A stretch of 64,000 nt of DNA from positions 32,001 through 96,000 of IMG/VR virus record IMGVR_UViG_3300028783_000001. One strand, 5' to 3'. Source of the DNA: a virus. The first letter of the stretch is position 1; the number at the start of each line of letters is the position of its first letter. Below, one piece after another: positions 55,653 through 64,000 of this stretch. The notes under the pieces were generated by a model. The model worked only from the letters and a program-made list of their open reading frames with translations. It did no database searches and was not told the origin of the DNA. The translations under genes and the position numbers were made by a program.

Positions 55653-57032
55653 TTATACTCCAGGGACCGTATAAACGAATGCCAGGATAGCGAGTGGGGT
55701 CCCTGCCACGAACACTAGGTTTTGGAAGTTTAGGTCAGCACCACCCGTTCCGATGGTACCGTCGAATACCACCGTAAGATGATCCGACTGCGTCACCCTG
55801 AACCAGCTAGCATAGCCGCTATTCGTCACAGTGGTTGACGGTATCGGGTTTGCCGTTATCATCCCACCGGATATGGATGCTGCAAAGGGTACGCCGATGT
55901 TAAACGTAGCCAATGGTGCTGATATTGTAATATTCTCGGGGGTACCAACATATGATGGGTCCCCATAGATGTCGATGAATCCACCGTCTATGTACGGAGA
56001 TAGCGCTATGGCCTGAACGTTTGCGGCTCCCAGGGATAGGAACATTTGTTCACCTATGAGTGGTATTGGAATCGTCGGCGGTATGACAAACTGCCCAGCA
56101 CCAGATGCAGAGGTCGTGCCAAGGAGTGGTATCAGCGTCCAGAAGAGGTTGCCTTGGGCACCTACGTACGCTCCGGTTATCGTAGTCGGCTGCGCTAGAT
56201 AGGTAGCCGTAGTGGTTACCGATGCTCCGGTTATCGTAGTCGGCTGCGCTAGATAGGTAGCCGTAGTGGTTACCGATGCTCCGGTTATCGTAGTCGGTGC
56301 TTGCAGAAACAGAGCACCCATCTCGCCTTCTGGCGAGCCTTGTTGGTAGGACAAAGCCTGATGGTAAATCGCGTCTATCTCGCCGGGAGAAAGGACGCGG
56401 GCGTAAACCCTAGCGTCGTTTATCAGGCCACCAAATTCACGTCCCGCTGATGACGGGTCGTTGCCTATAAAGTTGTTGGCCCCGCTAGCTGCAACAAGCT
56501 GCACTCCGACACCGCCTGCGGTGGCGGACTGCACACCATTAACATACCCGATCAACCCAGCAGACGAAACCACGTATGCTACGTGATACCAAATACCAGT
56601 CTCTAGGACGGCTCCAGTGTTTTGATAAGCAGAGTTCGACCCTAAATAATTAACATAACAAGCCAGTTGCCCGCTGCTGGTTATGTAGCAGTTCCAATAA
56701 AAGTTTCCTCCTAATACATCGCTACAAAATATTCCTGAATATGCAGGCGTGAGTGAGTTTATGTACACCCAGCCTGTGAAGGTGACGGGCGAGACGTAGT
56801 TCAAATCAGCGAGGGAGCCAACATTTACATACTGAGTGCTGCCATTTAATAAAAGTCCTTGCCCAACAATTCCCGGCCCCGTGGTTGGCCCACCGATCAA
56901 AGTTCCATTGCGTTGGTTGCCGCTCCAGTCATACCCAGTGCCATCGACGCACCAGCGCCCCACGAGGCCGCTCTCATTTTCGAGAGGGCTTGTCGCTAGG
57001 ACGTTGAACTTACTGGGGGACCAGGGTGCCAT
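55653..57032 (-). CDS. LamG / concanavalin A-like lectin domain virion protein
   Basis: GLVGRW, DWSGN, LNGSTQYV, WYHVAYV, YVNG, FGGLINDARVYARVLS..EI. Confidence 0.85.
   Translation of the reverse strand: MAPWSPSKFNVLATSPLENESGLVGRWCVDGTGYDWSGNQRNGTLIGGPTTGPGIVGQGLLLNGSTQYVNVGSLADLNYVSPVTFTGWVYINSLTPAYSGIFCSDVLGGNFYWNCYITSSGQLACYVNYLGSNSAYQNTGAVLETGIWYHVAYVVSSAGLIGYVNGVQSATAGGVGVQLVAASGANNFIGNDPSSAGREFGGLINDARVYARVLSPGEIDAIYHQALSYQQGSPEGEMGALFLQAPTTITGASVTTTATYLAQPTTITGASVTTTATYLAQPTTITGAYVGAQGNLFWTLIPLLGTTSASGAGQFVIPPTIPIPLIGEQMFLSLGAANVQAIALSPYIDGGFIDIYGDPSYVGTPENITISAPLATFNIGVPFAASISGGMITANPIPSTTVTNSGYASWFRVTQSDHLTVVFDGTIGTGGADLNFQNLVFVAGTPLAILAFVYTVPGV
56170..56297. repeat. 54-bp perfect tandem repeat (~2.4 copies; PTTITGASVTTTATYLAQ)
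   Basis: Units start at 56170, 56224 and 56278. Confidence 0.92.
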
Positions 57033-57035
57033 GCG

Positions 57036-57521
57036 TTAGGCAATCGAACGGTTGTACGTTCGATATTTGCAGACATTGGAAGTCGTCGCCAGCGTCGCCC
57101 CCGTCTGGTTGTAGAAAGCGAAGCAGAATGATCCAGGCGGCAAAACGATGCGCGACAGCATCCCAGTACACACCTGGGTACCTACTGGGAGGATGATATT
57201 GCCAACCCAAAACTCAGCGGCAGGAGCGCCAACAGAGAGCGTGGTAGACAGTAGGTTATTGCCGTAAGTCGTGCCGTCCTGGTTCAGCGGGTAGATGTAG
57301 ATCCCCACGAAGTTCGGAGCCGCCGTCGTTATTGAGGCGAGCGAGATGGACACGTCCGCGAATACGTCCAACGCCGTGCCGTTCGCGATCACGACGCTAC
57401 TCAAGACAGCATCGCCGTTGATGAAGCTGGACTGATTTATTTCCGTGCTGCCGCCCGTGGCGAACGCATTGCCCCAGGTAAGGCTCTGGCCTGCGCCGGC
57501 TATCCATTTTTCAACTGCCAT
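57036..57521 (-). CDS. hypothetical structural protein
   Basis: AGGAG SD; beta-rich, charge-poor. Confidence 0.7.
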   Translation of the reverse strand: MAVEKWIAGAGQSLTWGNAFATGGSTEINQSSFINGDAVLSSVVIANGTALDVFADVSISLASITTAAPNFVGIYIYPLNQDGTTYGNNLLSTTLSVGAPAAEFWVGNIILPVGTQVCTGMLSRIVLPPGSFCFAFYNQTGATLATTSNVCKYRTYNRSIA

Positions 57522-57561
57522 TGTATTCTCCTGTATTTATCGGATGCGCCGTCTTGAGCGA

Positions 57562-58062
57562 CTAACTAAGATTACCAGCGCTTTCTAGATCGGGGTCACC
57601 TACGGGTGACGTAAGGCCACCACCACCCTGCGCTACGGTAGCCGCCCACCACGGAAGAGAGGTTTGCGCCAACCCCATTATGTTTGATACGTCGGTAGAG
57701 GTAATTCCTGTGTTTGTATCCGATGCCATCGCCTCTAGCATCGTGTTCACCGCTGAGTAGGTCACAACGTTTGAGGTCTCAAAAGTATCAAATGCGGGGT
57801 AGGTGAAAGTGACAAGTAGTTCTCTGACCAGCGCTATAATATTGGCGCTGGACCCATTCGGGGGTGTGGTGGCGTATGCCTGTAAGACTCCCAGTTTCAT
57901 GTTGAGCATCATATATCCCAAAACAGTGCTAGCCTGCACATCGATAGTCGGCCCAGGCACAGTTAGAGCATTGATCGCTGCAAGCTTCTGCGCCGTGGTA
58001 TAGGTTGGATTTGCGGTTGTGATGGTTGCCCATTCGGCAACGAGGCTAGCGTAGTAGGCCAT
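57562..58062 (-). CDS. hypothetical structural protein
   Basis: AGGA SD; charge-poor. Confidence 0.7.
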   Translation of the reverse strand: MAYYASLVAEWATITTANPTYTTAQKLAAINALTVPGPTIDVQASTVLGYMMLNMKLGVLQAYATTPPNGSSANIIALVRELLVTFTYPAFDTFETSNVVTYSAVNTMLEAMASDTNTGITSTDVSNIMGLAQTSLPWWAATVAQGGGGLTSPVGDPDLESAGNLS

Positions 58063-58084
58063 GAGTGGAATCCTATCTGTGTTT

Positions 58085-58430
58085 TTAGGCGCAGAAAAAC
58101 CGGCAGACGTCGACTACGACGCACCGGTTGTGGCAATCTGTATGGTAAAACGTTTAATGCGATATTAGGCGTGCGATTAGCTGCATCACAAGTGGACTCG
58201 ATGCCGGCCATGCCGCCTAATACCGTATAATAGACAAACTTTTGCCTAACCGAGATGATCTTAATCCGCCCAATGATACGCGCAGATGCAGCCGCTGTCG
58301 ATACTAGCGCACCGGACTCACGTCGGCGTGGAGTAATGATACCAGCAGCAGAACGCACGCAATCGCAGACAACCCCTGTTGGCTTAGCCACAAGGGTTGA
58401 AGCTGCTGTTGATGCGACTGCTGCCGGCAT
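58085..58430 (-). pseudogene. Short or degenerate paralog of the C-terminal part of the Ser/Thr repeat proteins
   Basis: IIGRIKIISVRQ resembles GRVETITIN; the 3' part appears to be frameshifted. Confidence 0.35.
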
Positions 58431-58472
58431 GTAGTTTGCCCTTTCATATACTCGGCAATGGAATCGCGAAAA

Positions 58473-59228
58473 TCAAGCGATTCTGAGGAGTCCTGTGCTG
58501 CTATTTGCGGTAGGTACGACCAGCGTAAATGTTCCGGCCGACACCGTCTGAACACCACCGAAGTCGTGGACGGACACCGTATGGTTGACGGCGATTGTCG
58601 AGGTCGTTCCGGCAGATCCGACACCGGGGGTAATTCCACCAGATGCTCCACCGAGGCGAGCAGATTTGTTGTAGATCACGCCGCAGTACACGGAGAATGA
58701 TGCGGAGGTCCACTGGATCGTGGTCGAGAAGGAGCCGACCGCAGTCTGAGACGACAGCACTGCCAAAACGTTTGCGAGTGCTAGGCCACCAGCGGTATAG
58801 GCGGAACCGGAGGTGTTGGTGCACTCGTCGGTGCCGATGTTGGTGACCGACGGGGTGCCGGTTCCAGGAGTTCCTGCATTGACGAGCAGGTTATTGTACT
58901 GCTGGGCGCTAGCGTTGTTGATCAGCGAGATGTACATGACGTCACCGGTAAACGTCGGGTTGGTTAGCGCGCCGGTTGAGGCGTTACTAAGCGTCAGGGT
59001 AGACTGGCCCGTAAGCTGAGCGACGACTGTGTTCGCGGCGGTGTTGGTTCCAGTAACGGCCATGCCGACTGCGATACCGCTGATGCCGGAACCACCCATG
59101 GCGGTCATTGCCGTGGTGGACGAGCAGGTGCAGGTCAGAGTAGTAACGGTGGCGAGGCACATTCCGCCGTTGAAGAAGTCGGTTTTCGCTTGACATGTGA
59201 TGGCTGTCGTGGCGCTTGCATAAGTCAT
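58473..59228 (-). CDS. structural protein, paralog of 59885-60598
   Basis: GTDE...YTAGG..L...WTSASF...IYN...HDFGG.QTV. Confidence 0.8.
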   Translation of the reverse strand: MTYASATTAITCQAKTDFFNGGMCLATVTTLTCTCSSTTAMTAMGGSGISGIAVGMAVTGTNTAANTVVAQLTGQSTLTLSNASTGALTNPTFTGDVMYISLINNASAQQYNNLLVNAGTPGTGTPSVTNIGTDECTNTSGSAYTAGGLALANVLAVLSSQTAVGSFSTTIQWTSASFSVYCGVIYNKSARLGGASGGITPGVGSAGTTSTIAVNHTVSVHDFGGVQTVSAGTFTLVVPTANSSTGLLRIA

Positions 59229-59263
59229 ATCTTGATTCCTTTATGTTGTGAGCTGCTCGCTAG

Positions 59264-59851
59264 TTATTCGGCAACCTTTGCAAGGTCGGTGCGGAGGTGC
59301 TCAGGAAGATGTTGCTGCATGAAGATGTGACCAACGTTTGCACCATGATGCTGAACGCCCTTCTTCCACGCGACGACGTGCGTGTCGGTTGGGTTCAGGT
59401 CGCAGTGACCAAGGCGGTTTGCATGGATCGCACAGGTGAAGTCGGGTGCTAGCATATCATTGCGGATGTGCTTCTGGACCTCTGGTTGTGCGAAATAGGA
59501 GGCAAACGCTGGGTTGATGTCTGCTTGAGCAACGATTTCTGCAACGCACTTGTCGAGTAGGTCGGGACACACGTCGTGGGATTCCATGGATTCGTGGAGA
59601 CGAAGGCCGGCCTTGTCAGTCAAAGCAGCCTGCTCACGATCGTGCACTTCCTGGTGATAGTTTGTGACGATGTCGAGCAGGTTTGCTTCGAAGAAGCGCT
59701 TATCCCGGCGAGCCTTCTTAGCCTCTGGGGTTCCAGTGGCTTCGTCGGCAATGTCGAAGACGGCCATGATGCGACCAACGGTAACGTCGGCCCACTTGTC
59801 GGCAGGATGGTTGCCAACGATGTTGTTAGTGATGAGGATTCCGAGTTGCAT
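59264..59851 (-). CDS. hypothetical protein, paralog of 60652-61182
   Basis: GILITNN...HPADKWA vs GILRTNNGPHSSVDWA. Confidence 0.75.
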   Translation of the reverse strand: MQLGILITNNIVGNHPADKWADVTVGRIMAVFDIADEATGTPEAKKARRDKRFFEANLLDIVTNYHQEVHDREQAALTDKAGLRLHESMESHDVCPDLLDKCVAEIVAQADINPAFASYFAQPEVQKHIRNDMLAPDFTCAIHANRLGHCDLNPTDTHVVAWKKGVQHHGANVGHIFMQQHLPEHLRTDLAKVAE

Positions 59852-59884
59852 GGAAGTGTTCCTTGTCCTAGAGAGATGCTATGA

Positions 59885-60598
59885 TCACGAGATCTGGAGA
59901 ATACTCGTGCCTTGTGCGTTTGTAGGTAACACGACCGTGAAGGTGCCGGAAGTCACCGTCTGTGTGCCGCCGAAGTCGTGAATGGAGATGGCGCGGTTTA
60001 TTGCAGATCCTGAGGCGTTGGCGGTTACGCCGTTTGCAGCTGCTCCGAGGCGTACGCTAGTATTATAGATTATACCGGCTGTGGTGGAAAACGATGCCGA
60101 AGTCCACGACGGGTTTGTCGTAAACGACCAGTAACCGGCTGTGGTTCCAACCGCAGGGGATATGTTTGTGAGAGCGAAGCCGCCAGTGGTATATCCTGAT
60201 CCTGACGTCTCATCGGTTCCGACGTTTGTTACCGATGACGCACCGGTTCCTGGCGTGCCGACATTTGTCTGCGTTCCAGAGAAGGTGGATACCGGAGACG
60301 CCTTAATGAGCAGCATGTTGAACACGTCGCCTGTGAAGGTCGCTGCCGTTAGTGCTCCCGTGGAGGCGACGCTTAGATCGACCGCCGTCTGGGAGACGAT
60401 CTTCGACACGACTCCGCCGGCTCCAGCGTTTGTGCCGGTAACGGCCATACCAACGGCGATGCCGGCAGTAGTCGAAAGGCCAGTCATATGTACTGTTGAC
60501 GAGCAGGTGCACGCCAATGTTGGGAGGGTTGCAAGAAAGCAGTGAGCTGCTTGGGCTAGCTCACTCTTCGCAGAATAGGTGAATGCGGTGGTAGCGAT
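59885..60598 (-). CDS. structural protein with a non-canonical (ATC or ACG) start
   Basis: Homology to the 58473-59228 N-terminus extends 27 codons upstream of TTG 60517; AGGAG SD lies 8 nt before ATC 60598. Confidence 0.7.
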   Translation of the reverse strand: MATTAFTYSAKSELAQAAHCFLATLPTLACTCSSTVHMTGLSTTAGIAVGMAVTGTNAGAGGVVSKIVSQTAVDLSVASTGALTAATFTGDVFNMLLIKASPVSTFSGTQTNVGTPGTGASSVTNVGTDETSGSGYTTGGFALTNISPAVGTTAGYWSFTTNPSWTSASFSTTAGIIYNTSVRLGAAANGVTANASGSAINRAISIHDFGGTQTVTSGTFTVVLPTNAQGTSILQIS

Positions 60599-60651
60599 GG
60601 CCGTTACTCCTGAGTCTGTGTTGTGGCAACGGCAGGCGTCGCCTTAGCGTG

Positions 60652-61182
60652 TTACGCGGCGTAGGGCACGTTTGCCTTAAACGCAATGGAGTAGGGATTT
60701 TCTGGATTCCGGTCTGCGTGCCACGACCGTTCTACTTGCATTGTAGACGTGATGTCCATCGAGACTCGCTGGCGAATCACAAGATCGAGTTGATCTGCAA
60801 ACGACACATGCTCAATGGTTCCGGCGTTTACTGGAACTACCTCAGCGGTTGTGACGAGGGCGAGTAGCGGCTTTACCGCCTCATGGATGTCGGCAACAGC
60901 CTTCTCAATCTCGGTATGCTCAGCGGCGTCGATGCTCTGGTCAAGACGGTCATGATTACCATCGAGCAAGAGTTGACGCTCTGAGCTCTGAGCAGCCTCA
61001 TGATGCTTCATCATAATCTTGGTAACGGCGGCGCGGAATGCATCCTTCTCCATTTCAATCTCAACATAACGTGGCGACTCTGGCTTGACCTCAAAGGCTA
61101 GCGCGAGCATCGAGGCCGTAGCATAGGCCCAATCGACGCTGCTATGCGGCCCATTGTTCGTGCGTAAAATGCCGGTGAACAT
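60652..61182 (-). CDS. hypothetical protein, paralog of 59264-59851
   Basis: Shared N-terminal motif and H.D.NP C-terminal motif. Confidence 0.75.
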   Translation of the reverse strand: MFTGILRTNNGPHSSVDWAYATASMLALAFEVKPESPRYVEIEMEKDAFRAAVTKIMMKHHEAAQSSERQLLLDGNHDRLDQSIDAAEHTEIEKAVADIHEAVKPLLALVTTAEVVPVNAGTIEHVSFADQLDLVIRQRVSMDITSTMQVERSWHADRNPENPYSIAFKANVPYAA

Positions 61183-61271
61183 GATTACATCCTTCTATCT
61201 GTATTCTAGCGTGATTGGTGACCAAACAGCTCGGCCGAGGTGTCTGAACAAAATTGGTTTACGACGTCTGC

Positions 61272-61463
61272 CTAGTGTTTCCACACAGGGACTCCGTAGT
61301 TTTTGAGAGGGGCCTCGTGGGTGTTGCTGCGGTGTTGATGAACCTGACGCTGTAGTGCCAGATATGGAATCGACATGTTGTCAGCAGGCATGGGTCCGAA
61401 GCCACCACTTGAGGCACATCCAGATAGGGCTACTAGTATGGTTGTGATTGCTAGGTATTTCAT
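61272..61463 (-). CDS. small lipoprotein (possible lysis accessory / o-spanin-like)
   Basis: MKYLAITTILVALSGC lipobox; coupled to the amidase. Confidence 0.6.
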   Translation of the reverse strand: MKYLAITTILVALSGCASSGGFGPMPADNMSIPYLALQRQVHQHRSNTHEAPLKNYGVPVWKH

Positions 61464-62080
61464 TTTCCACCCTTAAGCGAGTTTGCTAGCGCGAATAGCC
61501 TAGACCACTGTAGGTGCCCAGGGTCCCAGTGCACATCTGGGTCAGGCATGTCACCATGACCATACCACCCAGCTACATGACCAAACTTCCCAGCACTGCG
61601 GTTTGGATTATGTCCTGCGTGGGGCCAGTCGTCGTCTGTAAATGGACGCGACAGCGGAACCCCATACTCTCGCTCAATCTCAATCATGAGGTGAGCTAGG
61701 GCGATGTCGGTGTCACCGTAATCAACAATGTTCCCATCGGAGCGACCCAACCTTCCGTGGGGATACCACGGAGTCGTTTGGGCGAAACCAACCATCTCAA
61801 TCTGAACTATGGCTTCGTCGTTGTGAGCCCTACATGAAGATCCAATGAAGCCAACCTTCACCAGCTGGTTGATGCGAGGCTTACCTTGATATAACCCAAC
61901 CTCGAAGTGTGGAGCGTAGTGTCGCTCGAACACTTCTAGTGCACCGTCGAAGAAGCCTTCGGTCGTGTGTAGGATTCCAGTACGTGGGAGGTTTAGCTGG
62001 ACAGGATCATGAGAGAATGGGCAGGGTACCCAGTTTACGGCATAAGGTCCTGCCTGTGTGAGGATCGGCTTTAGAGACAT
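61460..62080 (-). CDS. N-acetylmuramoyl-L-alanine amidase (Amidase_2-like endolysin)
   Basis: ILHTTEG, PHFEV, QIEMVG, GH...HWDPG zinc-amidase motifs. Confidence 0.8.
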   Translation of the reverse strand: MSLKPILTQAGPYAVNWVPCPFSHDPVQLNLPRTGILHTTEGFFDGALEVFERHYAPHFEVGLYQGKPRINQLVKVGFIGSSCRAHNDEAIVQIEMVGFAQTTPWYPHGRLGRSDGNIVDYGDTDIALAHLMIEIEREYGVPLSRPFTDDDWPHAGHNPNRSAGKFGHVAGWYGHGDMPDPDVHWDPGHLQWSRLFALANSLKGGK

Positions 62081-62094
62081 GATGTTTCTCGCGT

Positions 62095-62757
62095 TTATCG
62101 AACTATATAGGAGACGACAATAAGGCCAGGAGTACCACTACCACCAGCACCACCATAAAGCCCGCCTTGCCCACCACCACTTCCACCACCACCACCTGAA
62201 CCGCCTGTTGGTGTAGTATTAGTGTAAGCGGTCCCATTCCAGGTATTTGTTGCAGTGTATTCTGCTCCAGCTGCTCCAGCTATTCCGCTACCAGACCCGC
62301 CAACACCCCCATTACCATTATCCCCAGCACCACCAGCAGACCCGCTACCGGATTTTCCAGCGCCGCTAGGCCCAGCTGCACCACCAGCAGACCCGCTTCC
62401 ACCACCACCTGCGTAGATAAGTGATCCTACACAATTTGAGGTTGATGTTGCCGCGCCGGCTGCCAACACTGTAGAGATGCTTTTGAACCAGGTGTTAGCT
62501 GACGATGATCCTGAGCCAATACTTCCACCACCAACTCCGATTTGATATGAAACAGAGTTGCCAGCGGTTAAACTGAGATTGGTGATATTAGCATAACATC
62601 CACCATTATGATTACTAGGATCGCCGCAACCAATGCACTCAATGGTGTTTGATAAGCTATTCCAGTCAGCTGGTACTGTCCACGATGTTCCAGCAGTAAT
62701 GAAGATCACTTTAGTGATAAGGGGGCATGACCCCATAATTCCAATTCTGTTGAGCAT
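62095..62757 (-). CDS. Gly-rich domain virion protein
   Basis: VIFITAGTSWTVPADWN...TIECIG paralogous to the second Gly-rich domain of 45460-51078; start ATG 62757. Confidence 0.75.
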   Translation of the reverse strand: MLNRIGIMGSCPLITKVIFITAGTSWTVPADWNSLSNTIECIGCGDPSNHNGGCYANITNLSLTAGNSVSYQIGVGGGSIGSGSSSANTWFKSISTVLAAGAATSTSNCVGSLIYAGGGGSGSAGGAAGPSGAGKSGSGSAGGAGDNGNGGVGGSGSGIAGAAGAEYTATNTWNGTAYTNTTPTGGSGGGGGSGGGQGGLYGGAGGSGTPGLIVVSYIVR

Positions 62758-62771
62758 CGCTACAATCCCTA

Positions 62772-63482
62772 TTAGATCATTAGATCGCCGAAGAGCAGCC
62801 AAGTATCTGGGAGAGCATACTTGATTAGCGTAGCGCCACTATACTGAACGCGCAGTACAAGCCCAATCGCTGTTAGGATTGTAACACCAGCCGTCGCTGC
62901 CACCGTTGTTTGTCCTGTACCATACTGCACTATATCAATGCTCTTACCAACAGGTACAGCTACTGAAGCATTTAGTGGTACGGTTAATGTGTTGGCTGTC
63001 GTCTTGTTCATAGCAACTAGCTTTCCGATATCAGAAAGCACTAGAGTATAGCTAGACGTCTGAGTATTGATGGCCTCAGTAAGCTGACTAGGTGCCATAT
63101 TGATTAGTTGCGAACCATCTACAGCGGGAATCTGTGCGGTTCCATTTAGCGCGATTAGCTGACCGGCAGCCGTTCCAGGTGTAAGGTCGCTCGCTAGCGC
63201 GGCAATGTATACAATGGATAATGAGTCGCACGTAATAGCTGCATTGGCATTGCTTGATGCGATAATAGTTGTTCGTGTAAGCGTTGTCCCAGAAGTTGTA
63301 TAGGTTCCCTGACCTACTTCCCAGTTTGTCCCATCCTCGATCACGTATGATACTACTGCTCCGTTTGTGATTCCGCCGGCGGCAAATGATTGGAATCCAG
63401 ATACAGCTGATCCGAGGGTTATCACACCAACCCCAGGCGTTCCACTAACTGTCATCTTTACACGATTAGCGAGTACACCCAT
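62772..63482 (-). CDS. tail-fibre-associated structural protein
   Basis: ANRVK...WEVGQGTY...LTR; INTQTSSYTLVLSD...TLTVP...QYGTGQ...W.LFGDL. Confidence 0.75.
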   Translation of the reverse strand: MGVLANRVKMTVSGTPGVGVITLGSAVSGFQSFAAGGITNGAVVSYVIEDGTNWEVGQGTYTTSGTTLTRTTIIASSNANAAITCDSLSIVYIAALASDLTPGTAAGQLIALNGTAQIPAVDGSQLINMAPSQLTEAINTQTSSYTLVLSDIGKLVAMNKTTANTLTVPLNASVAVPVGKSIDIVQYGTGQTTVAATAGVTILTAIGLVLRVQYSGATLIKYALPDTWLLFGDLMI

Positions 63483-63515
63483 TATAAAGCTCCTATTGTT
63501 TATTTAGCGTGTAAG

Positions 63516-63959
63516 TTATGCAATATAGCAACCAACTAGTATCTTCATCTCCCAATTGGCTGCTGTGATTGCTGTTAATACGCCGGTATTCTTACAGTAC
63601 ACCGACATAGCAGCGGTACTACTTACACTATAACCGACCGTATATGCGGTAAAAAACATAGATACGTTTTCTGGGTTGGTTCTATCCCCTATAGAATAAC
63701 CTAATTCAGCAGTCAAACATTGTAGAGTCAATTGTACATCTTGCGCGTGAGGCGCAATACCCAGGTTGCTAGTTGATGAATAATTTCCACCAGCTGCAAC
63801 TATGACAGGTGTTACCCATCCGCTGTTATACCTACGATTATATGCATAAGCGATAGCGCTGGTAACAGTCGTACCATTGGTGACACATTCGCCAAACGGA
63901 ACAGCAGTAACAATCTGCGCTAATGTGCCATTACCCATGTAGGCAATCTTATGCGTCAT
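63516..63959 (-). CDS. tail-fibre-like protein (may be the C-terminal part of a longer gene)
   Basis: GECVT..TVT...YAYN...LQCLTAELGYSIGD. Confidence 0.55.
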   Translation of the reverse strand: MTHKIAYMGNGTLAQIVTAVPFGECVTNGTTVTSAIAYAYNRRYNSGWVTPVIVAAGGNYSSTSNLGIAPHAQDVQLTLQCLTAELGYSIGDRTNPENVSMFFTAYTVGYSVSSTAAMSVYCKNTGVLTAITAANWEMKILVGCYIA

Positions 63960-64000
63960 ATCATATGTGAATTGACCCGCAGTGACGCTGGGTGTTCCAC

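Noticed and set aside
56170-56297. CRISPR-like array
   Set aside because: It is a perfect in-frame coding tandem repeat with no unique spacers; no CRISPR array or cas gene was seen in the window.
57963-58084. C-terminal part of track ORF 57963-58430 as real coding sequence
   Set aside because: It overlaps 57562-58062 and that gene's upstream signals by about 100 bp; more likely read-through after a frameshift in a decaying gene.
45713-60545. Many + strand ORFs opposite the structural genes
   Set aside because: These are shadow ORFs produced by the codon bias of the Ala/Thr/Gly/Val-rich - strand genes; no SDs or motifs were noticed.
1-64000. tRNA genes, integrase/att site, DGR or retron, and stop-codon recoding
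   Set aside because: No cloverleaf, recombinase or reverse-transcriptase motifs were recognised by eye. Conserved enzymes are full length in the standard code, and all three stop codons end genes followed by SD-led starts. A tRNAscan-SE run would be needed to exclude tRNAs formally.

Overview
This window is part of a large lytic (jumbo-like) dsDNA phage genome. The host is probably alphaproteobacterial, based on a GcrA homolog and alpha-type TerB/TerC and antitoxin genes. Positions 1-45.06 kb are almost all + strand and carry replication genes (NAD-dependent ligase, SbcD-like nuclease, primase, family A DNA polymerase split by a naturally split intein, Dda-like helicase). The same arm holds many small hypothetical genes and host-takeover or counter-defence genes (TerB, TerC, amidinotransferase, macrodomain + PRS-like + NAMPT-like NAD module, OPRTase-like, RtcB, TPR-GT41 glycosyltransferase, orphan antitoxins). 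After a bidirectional terminator at about 45.07-45.10 kb the - strand carries Ser/Thr/Gly-rich, charge-poor virion or fibre proteins, duplicated genes, a LamG protein and an amidase. The most notable candidate system is a phage-encoded ubiquitin-like conjugation operon at 6481-9244: a Ubl ending in Gly, an E2-like protein with HP..CLG, and a ThiF/E1. Other highlights are the split-intein PolA, a recurring TGAGTAAATA promoter-like motif, a riboswitch-like terC leader and a Tat-signal tail-collar protein. All family assignments come from motif recognition by eye; no database searches were run.
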